Assembly (NCBI GenBank): GCA_963422375.2
Contig: OY729428.2
Coordinates: forward strand, 320,001 to 384,000
Direction of reading: 5' to 3'
Source of the DNA: Bryobacterales bacterium
GTDB taxonomy: Bacteria; Acidobacteriota; Terriglobia; Bryobacterales; UBA6623
Length of the DNA stretch: 64,000 nt
Shown here: positions 57,140 to 64,000 of the stretch, piece by piece
Layout: every line of letters starts with the position of its first letter
How positions within the stretch are numbered: position 1 is the first letter of the stretch
Notes under the pieces: generated by a model
Seen by the model: the letters and a program-made list of their open reading frames with translations, nothing else
Database searches by the model: none
Told to the model about the DNA's origin: nothing
Position numbers and translations under genes: made by a program

Positions 57140-58381
57140 ATGAAAGCTAGACTTGGCGCGATCGTCGCTGCCGCGGGAGCAACCCTCCTGCTGGCAGTCT
57201 GCTCCGCGCCCCCGACGGACACGGCAGCCACCGAGGGGGGCGACGCGGTCATGGCGCCCGTTTTCGAAGTCGATCCCCTCTGGCCCAAGCCCCTGCCGAA
57301 CCATTGGCTGCTCGGCACGGTGATCGGCGTGGACGTCGACGCGGAGGACAACGTTTGGATCGTCCATCGGGGCAGCTCGCTGGAGCCCAAGGAGCTCTAC
57401 GCGACATGGGATCCTCCGGCCTCGAAGTGCTGCTTCGCGGCTCCGCCGGTACTGGCGTTCAACCAGGCGGGGGAATTGATCGAGCACTGGGGGGGCTCCG
57501 GCGAGGGCTACGACTGGCCCGCCTCCAATCACGGGGTCGACGTCGACCACAAGGGCAACGTGTGGATCGGCGGGAACGGCCGCGGCGCCTCGCGGGCCGC
57601 GGCGGCGCTGCCGCACGACGAGAGCGCGATGGGCCAGGGCCGCGTCCACGACAGCATGGTGCTGAAGTTCGCGCGGGACGGCAAGTTCCTCATGCAGATC
57701 GGCAAGCCGTTCATGGGCGAGGGCAGCCACGATCTCGAGAACTTCAAGCTGCCGGCCAAGACGCTCGTCGACCCCGAGACGAACGAGCTGTACGTGGCCG
57801 ACGGCTACGGCAATCGCCGCGTCATCGTCCTTGACGCAGACAGCGGCGAATACAAGCGCCACTGGGGCGCCTACGGCAACGAGCCCGACGACACGCAGCT
57901 GCCGCCCTACAAGCCGGGCGAGGATCCGCCCCAGCAGTTCCGCACGCCGGTCCACGGCATCGCGCTGTCCGAGGACGGCATGGTGTACGTCTGCGACCGC
58001 ACCAACGATCGCATCCAAGTGTTCAAGACCGACGGAACTTACGTGAAAGAGACCTGGGTTGAGCCGAATACCCTCGGCGACGGCTCGACCTTCGACGTCG
58101 CCCTGTCGAGAGACCCCGAACAGAAGTACCTCTATATCGCGGACGGCGCGAACCAGCGAATCCATATCCTCGACCGGCAGTCGCTCGAGATTCTCACAAG
58201 CTTCGGAGACGGCGGGCGCCAGCCCGGGCAGTTCTACGCCGTTCATAGCGTCGCCACCGACTCCAAGGGGAACCTGTACACCACCGAGACCTACCACGGG
58301 CAGCGCGTCCAGCGGTTCATCTACAAGGGGCTGGCACCCGTCCCCGCGAAGGACCAAGGTGTCGTCTGGCCTTCGGACTGA
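57140..58381 (+). CDS. secreted NHL-repeat beta-propeller protein
   Basis: FEVDPLWPKPLP, LYVADGYGNRR, VCDRTNDRIQVF, VATDSKGNLYT. Confidence 0.85.
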   Translation: MKARLGAIVAAAGATLLLAVCSAPPTDTAATEGGDAVMAPVFEVDPLWPKPLPNHWLLGTVIGVDVDAEDNVWIVHRGSSLEPKELYATWDPPASKCCFAAPPVLAFNQAGELIEHWGGSGEGYDWPASNHGVDVDHKGNVWIGGNGRGASRAAAALPHDESAMGQGRVHDSMVLKFARDGKFLMQIGKPFMGEGSHDLENFKLPAKTLVDPETNELYVADGYGNRRVIVLDADSGEYKRHWGAYGNEPDDTQLPPYKPGEDPPQQFRTPVHGIALSEDGMVYVCDRTNDRIQVFKTDGTYVKETWVEPNTLGDGSTFDVALSRDPEQKYLYIADGANQRIHILDRQSLEILTSFGDGGRQPGQFYAVHSVATDSKGNLYTTETYHGQRVQRFIYKGLAPVPAKDQGVVWPSD

Positions 58382-58548
58382 ATCGAACGGCGGGGGTGGA
58401 CTCGGTCGGCGGCGCCTGAGCCGGCACTTGGGGGCGCGGACCTATTTCGCCCCGCGAATCCAATATTCGTGCGCGAACCCCGAGCGCCTCGGACTGCGTA
58501 GCATGCTTGCGAGGCGCGCTCGGCCTCTCGAGTCGAGCTGACTGGCGC

Positions 58549-59103
58549 ATGGAGGCGGGCTCCCGCAAGCTGCTGGACGCAGCGATCCAGGACCAAGAAG
58601 CCTTCGCAGCGATCATCGCGAAAACCGAGGCCATGGTCTTCAGTCTGGCGTTCACGTTCTTTCGGAATCGGGATATCGCCGAGGATCTAGCGCAGGACGC
58701 CTATCTCGACCTCTTCCGCAACCTGCACAAGCTGGATTCCGACTTGCATGTCGTCAACTGGCTGCGCCAGACGGTCACGCGGAAATGCATCGACCGCTCG
58801 CGGCGCAAGAAGTTTCGGCCGCACGTCGACCTGACCACGGCTCCCGAACCCCGGGTCGAGCCGGTCCAGAGTGACCCGGTTCTCGCGAGGGAGCTCGCGC
58901 TGAAGGTGGCCGAGCTCCCGCCCAAGATGCGGCTGGTCGTCATCCTTAGATTCCAAGAAGACTTGAAACTGCAGGAGATCGCGGATGCCCTAGGCATCCC
59001 AGTCAACACGGCTAAGACCCTTCTGCGCCGGGGCCTCCTGCGATTGCGGCCCAAGGTCCAGCACTTGAAGACGGAGGTCTGCTATGCGCCGGCAGGACGA
59101 TAG
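58549..59103 (+). CDS. ECF RNA polymerase sigma factor
   Basis: AEDLAQDAYL, WLRQ, LPPKMRLVVILRF, EIADALGIPVNTAKT. Confidence 0.92.
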   Translation: MEAGSRKLLDAAIQDQEAFAAIIAKTEAMVFSLAFTFFRNRDIAEDLAQDAYLDLFRNLHKLDSDLHVVNWLRQTVTRKCIDRSRRKKFRPHVDLTTAPEPRVEPVQSDPVLARELALKVAELPPKMRLVVILRFQEDLKLQEIADALGIPVNTAKTLLRRGLLRLRPKVQHLKTEVCYAPAGR

Positions 59104-59467
59104 CGGCTGCTTGGAAGCCGCGCTGCGACACGCAATGCCGCGGAGGCCGGCTCCGCCCGGATTCAGCCGCCGCGTTATGCGCGTGGTCCGGTCAGGGCCC
59201 CGCCTACAGCCGCCCCGCGGGCGCTGGAGGCGCTTAATCGTCCCGACCTTCTCGACGCGCGCCAGATGGACGCTGGCTTCGGGCGTCGCCGCGGCCCTGC
59301 TGGCGCTGACCGTGCCGGTCTGGCAGAGCCGCCCGGAGCCCGCCGGGTCCGCTCTCGAGGGCTCGGAACGCGAGCTCGCGGAAGTGCTGCACATGGCAGG
59401 CCTCGAATGGAACAGGGCGCAAGAAGCCGCCCTCTCGCCGATTCAGGAGAATCAGAATGAGTTCTAG
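59084..59467 (+). CDS. putative membrane anti-sigma factor
   Basis: Overlaps the sigma gene; APPGFSRRVM plus one TM helix. Confidence 0.65.
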   Translation: MRRQDDSGCLEAALRHAMPRRPAPPGFSRRVMRVVRSGPRLQPPRGRWRRLIVPTFSTRARWTLASGVAAALLALTVPVWQSRPEPAGSALEGSERELAEVLHMAGLEWNRAQEAALSPIQENQNEF

Positions 59468-60053
59468 AGCGTCGCTGCAAGGCATTTCGACCGGAGCACT
59501 GCTGGCATTGCTCGTCGTCGGCAGCCAATCGCCCGCCCGCGCGCAGGAGAGGGCTCCCCACGCGGCGCCCGACTTCGCCAGCTTGGAAGAGAAGGCGGAC
59601 GAAGTAGTCAAAGTCAACCTCTGGGGCCGGTCCCTCGACCAAGCGAGAAAGCTACTAGGGCTGCGCAAGAACGTAACCGGGCCGGTCAAGAGCTTCCTGG
59701 GCGGCCTGACGGCGGTATACCGTCGCACCTACCGCTTCCGCGACGCCCCGGCCAGCGAGGACGACGTCGAGCCGGTGCATCGGAAGCTGGCCGAGGACGG
59801 CTGGGTGCCGCTGATCGAGACGGAAGACCGCGGCAAGCCCGGATCGCTCTCGGTGTACTCCTACCACGCGGACGAAGCCGTCGCCGGCATGGCCATGGTG
59901 TCCAGCGACGCCGACGAGGTGACTGTGCTCAAGATCATGGGCCCGGTCGACTTCGACGCGCTCTCCGCCATCGGCAGCGGGATCGGCCTGCCGGTAATGA
60001 ACCTCGGCTCGACCGAGCTGGACAAAGTCCGCGGCGTGAGCGAGCCGCAGTGA
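59457..60053 (+). CDS. DUF4252-like exported protein
   Basis: Signal peptide, KADEVVKVNL, LKIMGPVD; typical third gene of such ECF clusters. Confidence 0.65.
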   Translation: MSSRASLQGISTGALLALLVVGSQSPARAQERAPHAAPDFASLEEKADEVVKVNLWGRSLDQARKLLGLRKNVTGPVKSFLGGLTAVYRRTYRFRDAPASEDDVEPVHRKLAEDGWVPLIETEDRGKPGSLSVYSYHADEAVAGMAMVSSDADEVTVLKIMGPVDFDALSAIGSGIGLPVMNLGSTELDKVRGVSEPQ

Positions 60054-60056
60054 GGC

Positions 60057-62810
60057 TCAGCCGAGAGGCTCGCCCTCCGGGCTGAGGCGCCGAACCTCCC
60101 CGAAGCCGAGTTCGCGAACGCCGTCCTCGATCTTCGACAGGTCCCCGATCACGACCCAGACCATGCGGTCCGGCTGCACGATGGCCTTCGCCGCGCGCTC
60201 GATGTCCGGGAGACCGAGCGCCCGGACCGCGCTCGCGTATGTCTCGAAGTAGTCGTCGCGCAAGCCGTACGTCCTGATATCGAGAATGGCTCCCAGCACC
60301 GCGCGCTTCGTCTCGTACTGGCCGGGCAGCCGCAGCGTGCGGTTGCGCTGCGCCTTGGAGAGCTCCTCCGGCTGCGGAGGGCGCGATCCCAGAATGTCGC
60401 GCAGCTCCCGGTCGATCTCGATCATGGACTCCTTGGTCTTGTCCGTCTGGACCGGCGAGTAGGCCATGAACATGCGCGGGCCCCGGGCGTCGAGCAGCAA
60501 GCTGCGGGCTCCGTAGCTCCAGTGCTTGTCCTCGCGCAGGTTCATGTTGATCCGCGACGTGAAGCTGCCGCCCAGAATGGCGTTCATGGTCTCGATCGCG
60601 ATTTCGTCCGGGTTGTTGGTCGGCGGCGCGGGGAGGCCGGCGATGATGACCGACTGGACCGCGCCGGGCTTGTCGATTAGGTACACGGCCCGCTCCGCGG
60701 GCAGGTCGGCGTCGGTCGGCCGCAGCGCGGGCGGCTCGCCATCCCCGGACCACGCCCCGAGGCGCTCTTCCAACATGGGCTGGAGCCGGTCCAGGGGCAC
60801 GTCGCCGACCGCGACGAGCGTCGCGTTCTCGGGCCGGTACCATTCGCGGTGGAAGCTCGCGACGTCGTCCCGGGTGATGGACATGACCGACTCGACGGTG
60901 CCGCTCCCCGTCATCGGGGCCGAATAGACGTGCTCGGGGCCGAACAAGAGGCCGGGCAGCAAGCGCAGCCCGATCGTGAACGGCTGCGACATCTCCTGCC
61001 GGATGCTCGCGACCTGGAGGCGCTTCAGTCGGTCCAGCTCCTCCTGCGGGAACGACGGGCGCAGGAGGATCTCGGCGTAGAGGTCGAGCGACTCCGCAAG
61101 GCGCTCCGTCAGGGCCGAGAGGCTCACGGCGGCGGTGTCGAGAGAGGCCGTCGCGCCGATCCGGGCACCCAAGCGGGTCGCCTCGTCCGCGATGGCCAGC
61201 GAGTCGTACGCGGCCGTGCCCTCGTCGAGCATGGCCGCGGTCATCTTGGCGAGTCCGGGGATGCCGCGCTTGTCGGCAGCGTAGCCGGCGTCTAGGACGA
61301 GCGCCATCTCCACGGTCGGCACCGACCTCATCGAGGCGTGGACCACGCGCAGCCCGTTGGACAGCGTCACCTCGCTCCTGCCAGGGAACACGAATTCGGG
61401 AAAGCCCTCGGAAGACGGCAGGCTGGAGCGGTCGACGCTGCTCTGCGAGACCTTGCGCTCGGCCACCGGGTGGATTTCCAGCACGTAGGCGCCGTCGGAC
61501 AGGTATTCCGCGGCCGCCGCGCGGACGTCCTCGACCGAGGCGCTCTCGGCCCAGGCAAGCGATTTCTTGTAGTGCGCGGGATCCCCCGCGAAGACCTCGT
61601 TCCGGGCCAGGATGTCCGACTTGCCTCCGAATCCGCCGATGCGCTCGGCGCCCCGGATGAACCGCGCCCTGCGGTCCATCTTGGCCCTCGCGAGTTCGTC
61701 GGCCGCGGGCCCGCCTTCGAGGAATCTCGCCAGTTCCTCGTCCAAGGCCGCCTCCACCGCGACCAGGTCGCCTCCCGGCTGGGCCGTGCCCTGCAGCACC
61801 ACCTGGCCAGCGATCTCGTGCGCAGAGATATAGGCCGTCGCGCTCGTCGCGATCTGGTCCTCGTACACCAAGCGCTTGTACAGTCGCGAGCTCTTGCCGC
61901 TCGCGAGAACGTCCGTGGCGAGATCCAGCAGGACGGCTTCCCGGCTGCCCCACTGGGGCACGTTCCACACCTTCATAACCCTGGCCTGCGGCACGCGATC
62001 CTCGACCGTCTGGCGCTGCTCGCCCGTCCGGCGCGCGACCCACGCGCGGTGCCTGGCGACGGGCGGCCCGGCGGGAATGCTGCCGAAGTAGTGCTCGACC
62101 AGCTGCTTCGCCTCCTGCGCAGCGATGTCTCCGGCGACCGAGATCACGGCGTTGGCAGCGCCGTAGTAGGCCCGGAACCACTCGTGGACGTCTTCCAAGG
62201 ACGCCGCGTCCAGATCCTCCATCTCCCCGATCACCGTCCACGAATAGGGATGGCCTTGCGGGTAGGTGTTCTTGGTAATCAGCTCGTACGCGATCGCGTA
62301 GGGTTGGTTCTCGCTCTGCCGCTTCTCGTTCTGGACAACGCCGCGCTGCTCGTCCAGCTTGGCTTGGTCCACGGCGCCCAGCATGTTGCCCATGCGGTCG
62401 GACTCCATCCACAGGGCCAGGCCCAAGGCCGGACGGGGCACGTCTTGGAAGTAGTTCGTACGGTCTTCGCTCGTAGTGCCGTTGAGATTCGTCGCGCCGA
62501 TACGCTCCATTGCTTGGAAGTAGTCGTCGTTGAAATTCTCGGAACCGTTGAACATCAGGTGCTCGAACAGGTGCGCGAAGCCGGTCTTGCCCGGCCTCTC
62601 GTTCTTGGAGCCGACGTGGTACCAGACGTTGACGGAGACGATGGGAGCCTTGCGGTCCTCGTGGACGATCAGGGTCAGCCCGTTGTCGAGGACGAACTTC
62701 TCGTAGGGGATGTCGACCTGCGCGAGCAACGGGCGCGCGACCGCGCCCAAGATGCATGCCGCGACAAGAAGCTGGACGATTGCAACCTTCGCGTTGACGG
62801 CGAATTCCAT
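60057..62810 (-). CDS. M16 (pitrilysin-like) zinc protease
   Basis: HLFEH inverted zinc motif, VVQNEKR, NLREDKHWSYG. Confidence 0.93.
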   Translation of the reverse strand: MEFAVNAKVAIVQLLVAACILGAVARPLLAQVDIPYEKFVLDNGLTLIVHEDRKAPIVSVNVWYHVGSKNERPGKTGFAHLFEHLMFNGSENFNDDYFQAMERIGATNLNGTTSEDRTNYFQDVPRPALGLALWMESDRMGNMLGAVDQAKLDEQRGVVQNEKRQSENQPYAIAYELITKNTYPQGHPYSWTVIGEMEDLDAASLEDVHEWFRAYYGAANAVISVAGDIAAQEAKQLVEHYFGSIPAGPPVARHRAWVARRTGEQRQTVEDRVPQARVMKVWNVPQWGSREAVLLDLATDVLASGKSSRLYKRLVYEDQIATSATAYISAHEIAGQVVLQGTAQPGGDLVAVEAALDEELARFLEGGPAADELARAKMDRRARFIRGAERIGGFGGKSDILARNEVFAGDPAHYKKSLAWAESASVEDVRAAAAEYLSDGAYVLEIHPVAERKVSQSSVDRSSLPSSEGFPEFVFPGRSEVTLSNGLRVVHASMRSVPTVEMALVLDAGYAADKRGIPGLAKMTAAMLDEGTAAYDSLAIADEATRLGARIGATASLDTAAVSLSALTERLAESLDLYAEILLRPSFPQEELDRLKRLQVASIRQEMSQPFTIGLRLLPGLLFGPEHVYSAPMTGSGTVESVMSITRDDVASFHREWYRPENATLVAVGDVPLDRLQPMLEERLGAWSGDGEPPALRPTDADLPAERAVYLIDKPGAVQSVIIAGLPAPPTNNPDEIAIETMNAILGGSFTSRINMNLREDKHWSYGARSLLLDARGPRMFMAYSPVQTDKTKESMIEIDRELRDILGSRPPQPEELSKAQRNRTLRLPGQYETKRAVLGAILDIRTYGLRDDYFETYASAVRALGLPDIERAAKAIVQPDRMVWVVIGDLSKIEDGVRELGFGEVRRLSPEGEPLG

Positions 62811-62977
62811 GGGAGATCCTCGGGCGGCGCGCCCTCCGGAGGGTGCCGGGCAGCGGCCCGCATCCAAGTATGGCACGCGCTTCCCGCGTCCGGACCGCGG
62901 CGCCAGGGAGCGCGGCCCGCGCCGGCGATGGCAGTACCCGGGGCCCGCGCCTCGCGCGCCTCGGAGACGTCGGCCGG

Positions 62978-64000
62978 TTAACGCTCGGCTTGGTAGTTCG
63001 GGGCCTCGGTAGTGATCAGCACGTCGTGGACGTGCCCTTCGCGCAGGCCTGCCGTCGAGATCCTCGCGAAGCGCGTGCTGGTCCGCATCGCCTCGATGTC
63101 GCGGCAGCCGCAGTAGCCCATTCCGGCGCGCAGCCCCCCCACGAGCTGATGCACCAAGTCTGCCAGAGGCCCCTTGCTTGGCACGCGCCCCTCGATTCCT
63201 TCAGGCACCAGCTTGCCTACGTCCACGCCCCTGTCGTAGCGGTCGCTGCCCTGCTGGATCGCGCCCAGCGAGCCCATGCCCCGATACGTCTTGTAGGTGC
63301 GCCCCTGGTAGCGGACCGTCTGCCCCGGACTTTCGTCCGAGCCGGCGAAGAGGCTCCCGAGCATCACCGAATGCGCCCCCGCGCCGATCGCCTTCGAGAT
63401 GTCGCCGGAATACTTGATCCCTCCGTCCGAGATGACCGGAACGCCGGATCCCTTGGCCGCCTCGACACACTCCGCAACCGCCGTGATCTGGGGCATGCCC
63501 GCGCCGGAAACGATTCGCGTGGTGCAGATCGATCCCGGCCCGATGCCGACCTTGACGGCATCGACGCCCAAGCGGATCAGGTCACGAGTCGCTTCGGCGG
63601 TCGCGACGTTGCCGACGACAAGCTGTGCGTCCGGAAACGCCTTGCGGAGCTGCCCGGCCACTTCGCGAACGCGGCTCGAGTGACCGTGCGCCGTGTCCAC
63701 GACAAGCACGTCGGCCTTCTTCCTGGCGAGCTCCTGCGCTCTCTCTAGGTAGTCCCCCTTGGCGCCTAGCGCCGCGCCGACGAGCAGGCGCCCCTGGCTG
63801 TCCGTCGCAGAGTACGGAAACGTGCGCTTCTTCTGGATGTCCTTGACCGTGATGAGCCCCTTCAGCATGCCGTCGGCGTCCACCACCAGAAGCTTCTCGA
63901 TGCGATGCCGGTGCAGCAGGGCCTCGGCCTCCTCCAAGGTCGTGCCGACCGGCACGGTGATCAGGTTCTCCCTAGTCATCACGTCGCCGACCGGCAGGTG
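62978..64000 (-). CDS. guaB: IMP dehydrogenase (5' end outside the window)
   Basis: CBS domain, [34 protein letters not shown]. Confidence 0.97.
   Translation of the reverse strand, partial: HLPVGDVMTRENLITVPVGTTLEEAEALLHRHRIEKLLVVDADGMLKGLITVKDIQKKRTFPYSATDSQGRLLVGAALGAKGDYLERAQELARKKADVLVVDTAHGHSSRVREVAGQLRKAFPDAQLVVGNVATAEATRDLIRLGVDAVKVGIGPGSICTTRIVSGAGMPQITAVAECVEAAKGSGVPVISDGGIKYSGDISKAIGAGAHSVMLGSLFAGSDESPGQTVRYQGRTYKTYRGMGSLGAIQQGSDRYDRGVDVGKLVPEGIEGRVPSKGPLADLVHQLVGGLRAGMGYCGCRDIEAMRTSTRFARISTAGLREGHVHDVLITTEAPNYQAER

Overview
GC-rich bacterial chromosomal window, probably from an Acidobacteria-like (Bryobacterales-like) organism and possibly host-associated. This is inferred from the TonB receptor type, sulfatases, NHL protein and HupE/UreJ protein. 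Housekeeping and catabolic genes are intact (hom, guaA, groES/groEL, sulfatases, PQQ dehydrogenase, MATE, ECF sigma cluster, M16 protease, partial guaB). They are interspersed with many insertion sequences: three copies of one IS1595-family element (A), five of a second (B, each with an 8-bp TSD), two IS1380, one ISNCY-like element, an IS481 remnant and a nested MITE. All four recognisable defence-type loci are broken. (1) A low-GC ubiquitin-like operon (Ubl - E2 - JAB/E1 fusion; Bub/Bil-like), only partly visible in the ORF track. (2) A large nuclease-helicase-methyltransferase restriction-modification gene scattered over ~23 kb, with a 14.3-kb IS1380-bounded block inserted at one CTAG. (3) A HigBA-led PLD-helicase + SMC/DndD-like ATPase locus. 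(4) A type III Res-like fragment. The IS copies differ mostly by A:T->G:C substitutions and short tandem duplications.
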